Of a stretch of DNA of 64,000 bases, positions 27,835-41,600 are shown one piece after another. The DNA is from Thalia democratica. Taxonomy: Eukaryota. Every line of letters starts with the position of its first letter. Positions within the stretch are counted from its first letter, which is position 1. The notes below the pieces were generated by a model. That model searched no databases. It was not told the origin of the DNA and saw only the letters and a program-made list of their open reading frames with translations. The position numbers and the translations under genes were made by a program. The stretch covers positions 19,344,001 through 19,408,000 of the forward strand of contig OZ241831.1 in the NCBI GenBank assembly GCA_965202585.1, written 5' to 3'.

Positions 27835-30800
27835 ATGTCGAAGGAGGCATTGAAAATCGCTAATCTCGGTTCGACGTCTTTTTTCAAAAGACTGCCAACA
27901 AGAAAACCTCTTACTGATAAAGTAAGTAAACTGCTTGCTTATTTTATAGGAGATAAAACAACAAAAAAATTCTTTTGTTAAAATGAATTATGATTTTTGT
28001 AAACAAAATTATACCAAAACAAAAAACATTATTTTTAGTTCTATACAGTTGTTTTAAATTGTGAAAACATTTTTAGGTAAAAGCAGTTATACTTGACTGG
28101 AGCGGAACAACAGCTGATGCTCACGTCATTGCTCCTGCTATAAGTTTTTGCAAAGTTTTTGAAAAACATGGAGTTCCTATCACCATGGAGGAAGCTCGTC
28201 TTCCAATGGGTCTCAGGTTAAGTATATACAAAACGTTTTTAAACAAATATTTTTTGTTCAGGTTTATTTCTTGAAAATTATAAACAAACTTATTTTTTCT
28301 AAAAAAACATCCTTAAACTTACAGAAAACATTTTGTCATACATTAAAATACTATATAGTTTATTTTTGTTGAAAAAAAAATCTAGACCTTTTACATTGTT
28401 AGTTTTTGTTAAATCAACACGTATAAAAATGCTAACACTTTTAAAGTGTAAAAAGTATTTGACACATATCTTTAAAATAAACTAAGTGCAAGTAGACATC
28501 TTTATTTTTCTTCAACTGGATACAACTTTTAATAATAAAAATCCGAGTTCTAAAATAATTCGTTAATATAAATAATTTTATTTAGTTTGCTGTTTTATTG
28601 TATAGAATATTATATAGACTTATGGTAAAATAAAGTAATGAAGCTTAGTGGCATAGGTATTAATGATAACAGTAAAAGTTAAATTGTAAGTTTTAGAGAC
28701 TTAAAATTGCTCGTCGGACACACAAACAAAAAAATCAATTTTAGTTTATAGTTAGTTTTAGTTTGTATGATAAAGTTTTGTTCTGATTACCGCAATGTTA
28801 AAAATATTTGTAACTTGCTATGTAAATTTACAGCACTTTAAAAATATAAACCGCAACAACAATTTCTTGTTATATTTCCTCTATTAACTTTAAAGGAGTG
28901 TACAATTTGTATAAACTATTATTCTACGATAAATTTTCTTATCTTAAAAACCATATTGATAGCTTAAATTATGAAAGTATTGAGTTTTGTCTTTGGTAAA
29001 CTATAAGTTTGTTATGTTACAAAATACAAAGATAACTAGTGTTAAAGATAAAGTAGTGTAATATAAAAATATGCTTTAAATGAGTGTATTTAAAAGCAAT
29101 TAAAATCTATCTGTCCTTCAGTAATGACAACTTTGTGAAAAAATGTATAAATGAATCAAATTTTGTTATTACCTTGAACATTTAAGGTTACAACCAATGA
29201 AGTCTAAATTATATTATAATTTATTGATAAAACTTTGCTTCTTCACGTGTTTTTAAATTATAATAAAACAGTGTTTATTCAACTATCCGGACATGTTGGG
29301 CAAGATTTTTTGTAAACATGTCCGGATAAGTATTTTTCCGTATAAGTGTAAAAAACATTTTTTTTATAAAATAATATAAATACTGTATATTATGAAATGC
29401 ATAACAAATAATAAAAGCGTTATGTTAAAAATAAATAGTAATTATCAGTAATAGATAAAATATTTACAAATAGTAAAGCTAAGTTTCAGGTTTATTTATT
29501 TAATTTTTTTTAAGGTAGAAAAACATAAGACTTACTAACCCTCTGCAACGAAATACGTTTTTTGAGGGTCAAACAAGTAAAATTCATCGTTTGTTATTCC
29601 ACTTGTCCTAACTTTCAATTTATAAAAAGATTAATTTTTGTTAAATGAAAATTTTGAGTTAAATTTATCTTTAAATACAAAAAAAAAAAAAGAAAAATAT
29701 GTAAACCTATCTCTCTTAACAAAAAAAAAATCAGACATAAAGAAAACCGGAAAACTTTGACTAGTTTAAAAGTTTTTTTTCACATTTTATATTTTAGCAG
29801 AAAACTCACGAAATTTAATTAATTAAAAATTTTCTTAAACTTAAATATTTGTATCAGAACAAAAATTGTGTACTTAATAGTGAATTTAATTTGAAATATC
29901 TTTAAGACCGAAACTGTCCGGATAAGTGAGCGTCCGGATAAGTGAGTAAGCACTGTACTAGTATTATGTGTTATACAGTTAGTACATAATTAAACAAAAC
30001 TTTTTATCTAAATTAATAAAACAATTAAAACAAAAAACCTGTGACCAATTTAATTGTAGTATTAATCTGTTTGCAAATGTTATAACTTTTTTAAGTACCA
30101 TCTTTCACGAAATACAAAATTACTAAAGAAATAAAGTTTCATCCCGAAATTAGAAAATAAAATTTAGGAAAGACTTACACATTGGTAAAATTCTTCAGAT
30201 GAAGGATGTGAAAAAAAGATGGAAAGATGCAAAAGGAAAAGAACCAAATGAAAGCGATGTTGATAAAGTTTTTAAAGTTAGAAACTAGTTTTATGGTTAG
30301 CTACAAAACTATGCACAGCCAAAGAAATCTTAGATCCAAAAAGACAGCGTAAAGTATTTTATCGAAATTTTAGTAAATAAGCTAGTTCGGTTATCAAAAT
30401 TAAGTTCGTTTGATAATTAACTTTAACTTTTTAAAGTTCAATAACAGGTCTATTTTTTAAGTAGTTATAGTACGTTTTATGCTTCTTAGAGACTTTTTTA
30501 CTTATTTAACTTTGATAAATAAAAAAGTCTTTTTTTTACTATTAACTTTGAAAGTTTTGTTTAAATTATAATATAAAAAGATTAAAATATGCTAAGAAAT
30601 GTTTTCAAACTAGCTAAAACTACTTTTAACAAATTAAAATAAGAACAAATTAGTTTTGTTTTTATAAGTATCTTAATACAGGATTTTGTCCCTATGCAAC
30701 TTGATTGTTTGCCAGAGTATACAAAACTTATTCCAGGAGTTTCAGAAGCTATCAATTATCTTAAAAAAGAGCGAGGTATAAAAATTGGTACTTCGACCGG

Positions 30801-33800
30801 TTTTACTAAGGTTAATTTTAAGGCTGCAAATTTTTTTTTTGTTAGTTTGTATGCAACTTAAACTAAATGAGCAGTTTTTTTTTTATAATCTAATTATTTT
30901 GAAAAAAAAAACACCTCGAAAGTAAGTTAGTTTGTATAAAAGTTATATTCATGTATATATGTTCGTTACAATGTATTATCTGCATTATGCAAATTTCAGT
31001 GCCTTTTAGCTATTTTATTACAGAGTGTACAATAATTACGGTTTTATCAATTATTAGCGATGTTCAAATATCGAAATAAATAATACAAGACTAGAGAATA
31101 AGAATTAGCATGCTAAAAAATGCTGAAAACAGTTTAAATTGAAAAGTTATACTAGAATTTAAAGAAAACTTTACAAAAAAATTAATATTGACATTTTATT
31201 AAACTTATATAGTACAAATTTAAAAGGTTATGTCCGACATACTTCGAGAAGCGGGTGAACAACAGGGGTTGGTCCTGGACAGTGCGGTTGCAGGGGATGA
31301 AGTTGACAACAACATGGGTTTCAGACCGGCTCCTTTCATGCTGTACAAGAATTTAAACAACATGGGTGTTTTTCCAATTGAGTCTGTTGTCAAGGTAGTT
31401 TGTTTTATGTTAAAAATTAAAAAAAAAGGTAGAGTAATTTCCATAATTTGAGCAATACAGAACGTGTTATCTTTATGAAATAACTTGTTTAATTGAATGT
31501 AATGTTAGAAGACTATTTATATGAGAAACGGATTTATGCTTGAATAACTTGATTAAATATATAAACTTCGTTTAAAATATTTAATTATCAGAATATACAT
31601 ACTGTTTTAGAAAGAAGAAAATTAAAAACGATAAACCTAATAAGTTAAAAAAACATAAATAGTTTCTTTTTAGATATATTAATAAAAATTAAATAAATCT
31701 CTAGAAAGTTAATTTTTTCTTCTAGATAATTATTTCGGCAAAAGAGTATTTAAGATTTAGACATGTTAGAAAGCTTTAAAAAATATTTTTTATGTAAACA
31801 CCTAAACTTTACAGCATCTTCGTATATAATTTATCACATCTAAAAAAAGTATCTTTCCGGTAGTTTATGTTAAAAATTTATGTATTAAACACTTTACTTA
31901 CTTTTTTTTTCTTGTGCTTCAACGTTTAAAAAAGCAGAATGCTGGATCAAAACCTTCATTTCTACATACTTTTAATAAATAAAGGTGGATGACACAGCAG
32001 GAGGGGTTGGTGAAGGTTTGAGTGCAGGCTGTTGGTCGGTAGGTGTCGCTGCGTACTCAAACTACACGGACGTTAGTAGTTTGGAGGAGTGGGATTCTAT
32101 GAGTGAGGAGGAAAAAGAAAAAAGGAGGCAAATCTCAAGGTTAATGTTAAGAAATAGATACTCATAAAACCTAGTTAGATTAAAGATTTGTTGGTATCTT
32201 TTTTTTTTTTTCATTTTCTACTCTTGTGATTATACTAAATAAAGTAAACAACGCCTTATTTTAAAAAAAAACTATCTATTTGTACAATTTAATCATTTCA
32301 TGTAGATTAGTAGCATAAAGTATAATTTTTTATGTAAAAATTTTAAAAGATAAAATTCTTAAAAGTATATAAAACTGCCCAAAGTTAATCAATATAATTT
32401 AATTTATACTAGTGAAAGATAATACTTGATTGATTTATAACTGATAAAATAATTTTATATATTTATTATTAATTAGTTTTTATTAAATAAGCAGTAAACT
32501 ATGATCATAAATTTTTTTGAACTTAAATATACACTTATAAGTATATCAGTAAAATACCACATTATACATAACAATGGTATTAAACAAAAAACTTCATTCG
32601 TTTAAACAAAAAATAATACAAGCTTAAAAAAGTATTATGATATATTAATAGTAGATACATTCTGTTTAGTAATTGTTAACAGTTTTATCAACACGAAATG
32701 TATTTAAATAGTTTTATATTAATAAGCTTATTAATTATAACCGTCTTATTTTTAGCTTTTAACATATAAAATGCAAACGATAAAACAAATATTTTTATTG
32801 TGCACACTTTAAAACCTACTACTCAAGCTCACGAACCAACTTATTTAGTTAAATTTAGTCTACAATAATTTACGTTTACAATAAATCGATACATTTGTCT
32901 ATTTTAGTTTATGTTTAACCCTTTTGTTCATTTCACTATTGCCTTCCAAAGTAAAAGCACTCTCCAGGTAAAATACTGTTGTCTTATAGTGAAGAGAACA
33001 GGTTATTAAAATAAACTGATTCTCTTGACTTTTTTTAGTATAAATCTTACTATTTCACTATTTTTTGTCTTCAAGTTTATTTATACTAAACTAAGTATTT
33101 TATTTGTTCAGAGTCCATAGTTTATAAATATTAACTAGTTCAGAATTTAAATCCATAGTAGATTGTTTTTAATAGCTACTAATACTAATAAATAAAAAAT
33201 TGTTTAGTAAGAAATTTTTAATAAGATAAAAGTGTATATAGTTTTTAATAATGTTATATTTGATAATCAAGTAACATATCTGAATATCAGCACTTAGTCT
33301 CATATTATTGTCGAAACTTCTCTAGTTGTGATAAAAAACATTCTTCAATATTATTTTTTTTTTTTTTGCGTTATGAAACAGAACACATACTAATATAGAA
33401 CTTAAATTTTTACTTGTAAAATTAGGGTGTATAACACTTAAATTAATACTAAACTACTCTTAAAACCTTGCATTGTTTGTTTTTGTATATTAGAAGTAGT
33501 TTCAACAAAAAAATTTGCAAAACTTCTTTGTAAATTACTGATTATACGTCATTCGTAATTTAGGCATGACAGTACTAAAACTTCTAAATTGTAAACAAAA
33601 ACACGTCAATTATCTACATAAAAATAACTTTAAAAATAACCTTAAGAAATACTAACAATGGTAGTTGTAAATATAATTTTCATACTGTAATACAGCTTCA
33701 ATAAAAATTAAGTGCTTATTTTAAAAGTTGAATGTTTTGTGTAACAAAAAACAATAACTTCGGAACTAAACTTTAATTTAAACAGCTTAGAAAAAACTAT

Positions 33801-34020
33801 GTTTCCATAAATATCTATTTAAAAAAATGTAAAATAATTTAGTTTTTATAAAAATAACTTTAGCAAAAACTTTAAAATGAACAAAATTTTAAAAGTATTA
33901 AAATTTTGCAGAGAAAAGTTATTAGAAAGTAATGCACATTACGTAGTGGACAGTGTAGCTCAGTTGCCGCTTGTTATTGAAGATATTGAAACCCGAATGA
34001 AAAACGGAGAAAGACCTTAG
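27835..34020 (+). CDS. phnX: Phosphonoacetaldehyde hydrolase (phosphonatase, HAD superfamily), 298 aa, 7 exons
   Basis: Exons 27835-27921, 28077-28216, 30168-30276, 30682-30810, 31227-31394, 31985-32139 and 33912-34020 (TAG) are all GT-AG and in phase. Motifs: VKAVILDWSGTTAD (HAD motif I of the phosphonatase type, second Asp absent), EEARLPMGLRKDLH (Schiff-base Lys), KIGTSTGF, FRPAPFM, VVKVDDTAGGVGEGLSAGCWSVGV, and a C-terminal AHYVVDSVAQLPLVIEDIETRMKNGERP. Confidence 0.95.
29269..29955. mobile_element. Tc1/mariner-pogo-like MITE in phnX intron 2
   Basis: TIRs cagtgtttattcaactatccggac versus the reverse complement cagtgcttactcacttatccggac (4 mismatches in 24). TA follows the right end (29956-29957); the left flank is aa. 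Confidence 0.75.
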
Positions 34021-34087
34021 AAACTTTCAATTATATCAAACTTTTATAGACATTTTGATCAGTTTAAATTTCTCTTTTTCGTCAAGT

Positions 34088-34097
34088 AATAAATAAA
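34088..34097 (+). promoter_or_regulatory. Candidate polyadenylation signals of the phosphonatase gene
   Basis: Overlapping AATAAA at 34088-34093 and 34092-34097, ~70 nt after the stop. The motif is common in AT-rich DNA. Confidence 0.35.
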
Positions 34098-35652
34098 CGA
34101 TTTTTAAAATATTTAACTTTGCTTTCTAAATATTATTTATTACTTTTAAACAGTCAAAAATTTATGACTTTATATTTTAAACGAATGATTTTTTGTTTAA
34201 GATTTCAAATTCTTATAAATAAACAATGCTTCTTATTACATAAGTAAAATTTCCATTAAGTCAGAAAAACGTGATTTTTGATTTAAAGACTTTTCTGAAA
34301 TTTTACTGCCTAAAAATGCTTTTTATTTGAATCATTTTTTATTTAAAATCAGGTAATTAACATAAAAATCTATATTGGTTTGACAAAAGAACAACTTTCT
34401 ATTTATTTACTATAGAAAAAAAAAGTAGTTTCATGAAATTTTATTGGTTTAATTCGCAAGCAAATTTTAATAGAAACAACAATAACTTTATCAAAACCAA
34501 AAACGCAATTACAAAATAAAGAGCGAAACATTCAAAACATTTCTTGATTTATTTATACTATTAATTTTTTAAACTCTAAGTTTTATTAACTTGCTTAAAA
34601 TTTATTTTTGGAAAATACAGATTCAACTAAAACAAAAATCAAACATAGACATACAAATTTGTTTGGACAAAGTCGTTTTATATTAATTATTTAACACACC
34701 AAAAAATCATGTCATTTTTAAACGACAAAAAAATTTATGCAGTGATTTCACAAATTACATAGAAGCCATGCACTAGATGTTTTAAGGAAAACAAAGTAAA
34801 GGGTTGAGAGGACCAGTTTAAATGATTTATTTCGATTAAAAATTTACACGGCTATCGGCATTTACAGATAAAAAAACATTAAAATTTATGCTTATTAACC
34901 CCAAAAAAAATCAACTAACAAGCATAATTATAAATAAGCAAGTATGAAGTAAAATAGACATGTATTGGTATATAGGCAGTCTTTAACTATACTTAACAAA
35001 AAAAAATTAAACGACTTAAAAAATCAATCAATTTTTAGTTTAAAAATTCAAGGTATGTGAGAAAAAAGCGATAGATCTACCATTAACAATTGACGGTTCA
35101 GCCAAGCAAGTTTGAATGGAGCTCGTATTACTTTTTTTTTCTGCTGCGATGAGTAATTTGAATGCCAGTTCGCACACAGCAGGAAACCGAAGTAACTCGC
35201 AATGCAAAGTGATTTTTCACGACAATCAAAAAGCTGACGGGAGATTCAGCTGAAAAAGCTGACAGAAAAAAAAAAGCAGGACCACACGACAATAAAGTAG
35301 CACAAATAAAGTTACTTCACAAAATAAATTAAGTATCGAAACATAAAAAACGGGCTCAAAAATAAACTTATGTAAGCATCTGTTTTTCGCCTGTTGGTTT
35401 TAATAAGAAAATACTGCGGCATTTAAATGTACGAAAGCTGCAGCAACCGAAACCCGCATGATTCATTGGTATGACGTCACAACGTAAATTGCCGTTGTGA
35501 CGCGGGTGGGACGACATGTTGTCAGCGAAATGAGATAAGAAAAAGAAAGTTGGGAGCAAGAAGGTTCTTCCGCTTCCGTTTGCTGACCAGTGTTCGAAGC
35601 ATCAACATTTAAGGTGATGTTTTGCTCGTTATTTTCTCTTCGCGTTCAATTC

Positions 35653-38600
35653 TCAGGCCGTCGTGAGAGTTTCTTGCGATTCGTGCCTCTCGCCCTGGTT
35701 GCTGTTCTGCTCTGCAACTTTGTCATCGTTCAGTTCTTCCTCGATCACTCTTGGTATCTGAAAAATAAAAACTAAATTAGGTAAAACTTTATACGGAAAT
35801 AATAGTTTAATTTCACCACCACCATCGGACCCACGCTGAAACAAACGGTGAAGTTTTAATCAGCGACGCATGGGAATTAGCAATGAGCTCATCGAGCCAC
35901 TCAAGAGCTTATTGGACCGAAATTTCACACAACGAGCCTTTGTAGATCGCCCGCTTTCTGTTCAACACGAATGACAAAACGAGTTTTTTTTCTCATTTAT
36001 TGGAGCGTGAACGCGTTTTTCTATGGAGCCTACGAACGTCAGAAAACGACTTAAACATAAGGCAAGGCGCGCGAAGAGAAAAAAAAAGAAAAGAAAAAAA
36101 AAACGCTTCGGTATTCGCGCGTATGTAAAAGTGTGTGGGAAAATGTAGGTAAGGCTAAACAGAGGGCAATATTTCAATCTAGATGGGGTTTCGCGAGCAT
36201 GTGAACGAAATTGAACAAGGAATTTCAGTTGCGGTGGGAATTTGTGCAGTTTGATTGCTTTCACTTGAAACTTGCGCTCGTTTCCCACCAAGCCAATTTC
36301 TAAGCTTTCAATTTAATATTCTGTTCTCAGCTATTTGATCTTTAAACGCAAATAAGAAAAGCTCATTCTAGTTGAAAACAAACAATCGATTTGACAAAAA
36401 TTTTTAATGGTGGGCACAGTATATTTTGCTAAAAAATCATACTTCTGAATGTTTAGTTTAAAAAAAAGTATGCTCTTTATTCATAAATAACAACAAAACT
36501 TACTTTTTGAATTATTGAAGTCTGCGGTGCGGCTGAAATTGAAATTTTGCTTTGTTTCGCTGCTGGCTTCGCAGAAACAACTTTTGAAGACGAGTTACTT
36601 CGCAATCTCTTTCCAAGCGACGAAAATGAAGAAGCGGTTACTTCAACTTCAGGGGATTTCTCCTCCTTCATTCTGATATTTTGCTTCCTCATTTTGCGCG
36701 CCTCCTGTCTAATTCTGATCATTTCGCGCAACTTTTCCATTTTGCACCTTGTAGTTTGGTTCTCGTGATTCTTTCTGACTTGCTGATAAACTGTAAATAA
36801 AAATTAGAAATTGAATGAAACATGAAAAAAAAAGTTAAGCTCGCGAACAAAGTTAAAATAGTCACGAAGTCGTTTTGAAAGGCAGTGCTAGACTGGTGGG
36901 CTCCAGCACTTAGCTGAAAAATGCCAGTTAGTCAGAGGCTTGTAGCGAAAGCAAGTGGCGTGTGTCAGAGCGAATTGCGCACGTGATTAGCTTAATAACG
37001 AGCCTTTTAAATTTCCCATTAAGCGGCTGATGACTACCATGTGAAAAACTTTCGCATGAACAACGCAGCCCATTTCTCGAAACTGTGCGAAAGTTCACAT
37101 TTTCTGCTGATACACAAGTTTACGCGGCTTCATTGCAGCAGTAATAAACATTTTATGGGAAATTTTTATAAGTTTCTCACTTTGCAGCTACGGACGAAAA
37201 GCGAAACTTTTAAGTATTAAAGTTGATAACCAGCAATAAAATCGTAAATATTCACAAATATTAGGTTTAATGGGCTTTTGTTGTTAATTTTGAAAGCATT
37301 AAATTCTAAAAGAAAAAGTATTAGTTTAAGTTTGATTAAAAAACAATAATAGGTATAAAAACATCTCGTCTTAATATTTTATTTTATCAAAACAATTTAT
37401 TTAAAAAGGAGAAAAACTCACATGGAATGGCTTTTGAGGGTCTTCTGCCGTAATAACTGGAAAAATGAGGCACTTGGGAGAAAGGGTTCTTGAAGACGGA
37501 CCTTTGCGAGTATTTTCTGCTTACCGAGTTGAAAGGGGCAGAAGAAATTCCTCCCCCTGAAACCAACACTGTGAAGTTTTATTTACTACCATCTAAACAT
37601 GCCTTACTTTAAACTATTGATTATTTCCCACAGTTTATATCTAAACTTTGCTTATTAAGGTTGATTTTTTAATATAAGTACTTCTGTGAACAGTAGTGTT
37701 AAAAATATAAAAAGTACTAAAAATTCACAACTAAAAGCTTTAAAAATTATTTTCAGCGTACCAACCTGCTACTGCGTTGTAAGAAGTGGCAAAGGGCAGG
37801 TATTTTCTGCTGACATCAGCGTTTTTGTTGAGCGCAGGTGCGTTGTGATGACAGTCGTTTTGTGCTGCTCGCTTGCCGCTCTCCACCGTCACAGCTGCGT
37901 CCTGCAAAACCGAAATTTAATTTCAGTGAAAAATGAGGGCCACGGTGTGTAGGGGGTGACTCGGCGTAAGTGGCGTGTGAAAGAAAGGCGTGTGAGTTCA
38001 GGTGCTTGATGTTTGCACAAAAATATGTTATGTTACAATTTACTTCTAAACGGGCACGAAGGACCATTGAAGTATAATTGCATAATTTGTGTTTGGTGTA
38101 TTTATAGAATTCGTCTGCGAAAATCATCGAAATTTTAGCAAGTACAACAAAATAGATGAAACACAGCCAAAAATAACTTACGTAACCACTGTTTTCAAAA
38201 AAGAAAAAGATAGATTAATAATAAATTTAAATGGTAAATCTTTTTCCAAAAGTATAGTTTGATTGTTTTTGCCAGTGTAAAAAAGCCATAAAAAGTCTTT
38301 TGTACCTGCCAACAATAAGAAGCAAACAAGGACTACTTTGTCATATAACACACACACACGCTTACACAAGGAAGCATTATAATGACTGATACTTTCCTGT
38401 TATTTGCATTTCAATTGCTTTTTTAAGCTAAACGCACAAAGTGATTCAATGAACATAAAGCAATTTTTCATCTAGAAAGGATGCTCGTGATTTGAGCCGC
38501 TTTTTGAAGCGAAAGCCCACAGCTATAAAAGGAAAATTAGAAGCATAATGGCAAGCACACGAAGGAAACTAGTTATTTTAAGAGCTCTAAACGTGCACTT

Positions 38601-41600
38601 TGTTGAAACTTAAAATTCTAACTATGTTGAAAAATTCTAAAAGCTGAAAGCTTAGTCATGAAACAGTATTTTCTTAACAGCATTAAATGCAGACGGAAAA
38701 CATTTTCAAACTCTCAAGATACTTGGCCGTTAGAGCGGGCAGAAAAACATGTTTTTCTTTATGCTGCTTAAAAACCAATAAATTGAGGGTGCAGCTTGTG
38801 ATGACAAAAACTTGCTTGAAGTTTCGTTAGCAGCAAAGAAAAAAGCAAACAAACCAGCAAAGACCAACATAGTTTAGTTGTGTTTCAGCAGCCGTGTTTT
38901 GATTAATGCAACAGCTGCAAAAGTTCTACACCGCGTTTAAAATAAGCTTTCTAAGAAAAGAAGGAAACTAAATAAGCTGAATAATACTAAATAAATAAAC
39001 AATAAACTTTTACTTTGTTTTTATGTTCCTGCGACTGCTGACGCTCTAAAACAAGTAGGTAGAAATAAACAACGTAATATTAATGAACAATAAGTGACTA
39101 GGCAAGCATCAAATGAGCAACATAAACAAAAATAGCAGAAAAGATTATAAAAAACTATATTAAAATACAATCAAGTACAACTATTACACTGTAAGCTTGG
39201 TGCAAACAATTTTAAAGCTTTTTAAAACTTTCAGTGCGCATCATAAACCTTTACAGCGTTCGAACGGTTTTAAATTACCATGAGCTTTTGCTATGCAATG
39301 AAAAACAACTTCGACAAATTCTTTGCACGTAAATGAATGAAATTAACAGAAAAGTTTGCTATAAATAGCCCGTTTATAAGCATTAACATTATAATGCTTT
39401 AAAAGTTAAATTAGTTAAAAGTACGATAATACGAAACTAGACAGATAAAAATGCTTTAATTTCAGTATATTATGCTTTGTAAAAAAAAATAACAATGCAC
39501 GTTTTAGATTTAGGTATTTTGTATCATCATCAAGCATTCATCAAGCCGTAAAAAATGTATTACATACATTAGAACAACCGCAAAAGTAAAAACAAACTTT
39601 CATATGAAAAACAACGTAGTACAGTGACATATGCTTTTAGATAAGCTCATAAATCCATATGACAAAGCAACGCAGCATGCAGCCTCATACAGCAAAGGAT
39701 TCGTAATTACACATTGTTCCCTGCTCATGTATTGCCAATACAGGGCTGCTCGTATCGTTTGCATTGGTCAGACCTTCAGCGCAGAATAATTTTAGATTTC
39801 TTTCTTTATAGTTAGCTCAACATTTATTTGTAAGTTTATTTTTAAACTCTAAAAACAACAATGAGTCATGCTACAGCTTGTTTACATTTTAGCATTTATT
39901 AACAAATTTTGTAAAAATGCTTACAAACGCTCTTTTAAATAAAACCATTTAACGATAATTTAGCCCGACCTTGGTATTCTGCTGTTTTTAAACAAAGCAT
40001 GAAACAGAAACTGACAGCGCAAAATATCAACGAAGCCAACGAAATCCACCTAATTACAGAAGATTTTCAGCGCAGGCAAAAACAATGCAGGCTGGATAAT
40101 GAGCGTCGATAAAGAGGGCCAATCCCAAATACGTGATGCAGCGGCCTCGCCCCGAACGCTCCGGTTGCATTATTGCCTGGATGTAAGTCAAGATAATGCC
40201 TGGCTGTTTTCAAATGGGAGTTGGTTGGCACCGGTGACTCGAAGCAGCTCCATTGTTAAATCATGATAAGTGTAAGGAGAGGCCACAACAAGTTTGTTTT
40301 ACACACAACTTTATCTCATTATATCAGCAGCATGAGAATTTTTTTTCTTTTTTTTCTCAGGCAATAGACTGCTTGCTTAGCACTTTTTAACTTTACCATT
40401 GGAACAAAGCTTTTTTATTTATAAATGTTATCAAAAAAAAAATTTTGTTTTGAAAAGTTCCCATGGTTAAAAACAGCCAGAAAACATAGAATATTTGCAA
40501 ATTGCTAAAATTCATATGACTTTATGAAACTTTGTATCAAAAAAGCCTTTGCTCACTACTGGTTGGAGCACTCTTAAACTTTTGTATCAAAAAAGCCTTT
40601 GCTCACTACTGGTTGGAGCACTCTTAAACTTTGTATCAAAAAATTGCTAAAATTGAATTATAAGACAGAAAATATCTATTATTAGCTAACATAAACAGGA
40701 CTAACTTGGTCATTTGTTAAATATTAGAGTCAACGACAAAATAAACTACGAAGTTATCAAACTAAAAATAAAATGTGTTAATGCGCTATAATACACTTAA
40801 GCTTCCAAATAATTAATTTGATAAGTATAACTCAGTTGATAAAAATATTTTTCTCAAAATTAAGAGTACAGGACTTTGATCACGTTTTTTAGTTTTAATA
40901 CTTTAAGTAAAAATATTATAAATACGTAAATGACAAGGAGAAAACTAAAAAGCCTGAAGCCTACATTATACACAGTTGTACTTACAAAGCATTTAAAAAA
41001 AGTAACATCTTGTTGTTTTCAGTGAAATAACTTTCATAGAAACATTTTAAAAACAGTTCTTAAGCTTGTAAATCAAGCACGAGCTGAATAGTTTAATTAT
41101 AGTGGTCATTTATCAATAAAAGAAAATCCATTGCCGGATGTCAGTTTTATTACTGTTTTCATAGCTTTAAAATACTCATACACATTAAATTTTATTACAT
41201 AAATCACAACAAACCACGATGACAGCTTGGAAGGAAATGAATGTTTACATATGATTTAAACTGATCATCTGATGAGCAAAAAAAAACAGCAAAAAAACGG
41301 ATGATTCAAGTGAAAGTTTGTAAAACGAAATGATAACAAACAGTTATAAACTTAAATTTATTTACTAAAATCGAATTATTTACCTGTACTTGAGCAGATA
41401 ATATGTGTTTGGATTCAGTTTGTTTTATTAGCTGGTCTCTAATTGCTTGAGGTATTATTCCAGCATCTCCACTGCCCTAAAAAATTAAATTTGGTTATAT
41501 ATATATAACATAAACAGTATTAAAAACTTCTAAAAGTAGTTTCATTAAAAAAACTTCACAAAGTTGACAATAATCAATAACTCTTTTTTTTTAAGTATAC

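Noticed and set aside
35962-36291. 109-aa ORF with an apparent hydrophobic segment in the last midnolin intron
   Set aside because: Non-ATG start, and the Phe run derives from a poly(T) tract; no domain similarity.
41269-41276. CTGATGAG hammerhead-like core
   Set aside because: Followed by an A run with no stem II or correctly placed GAAA.
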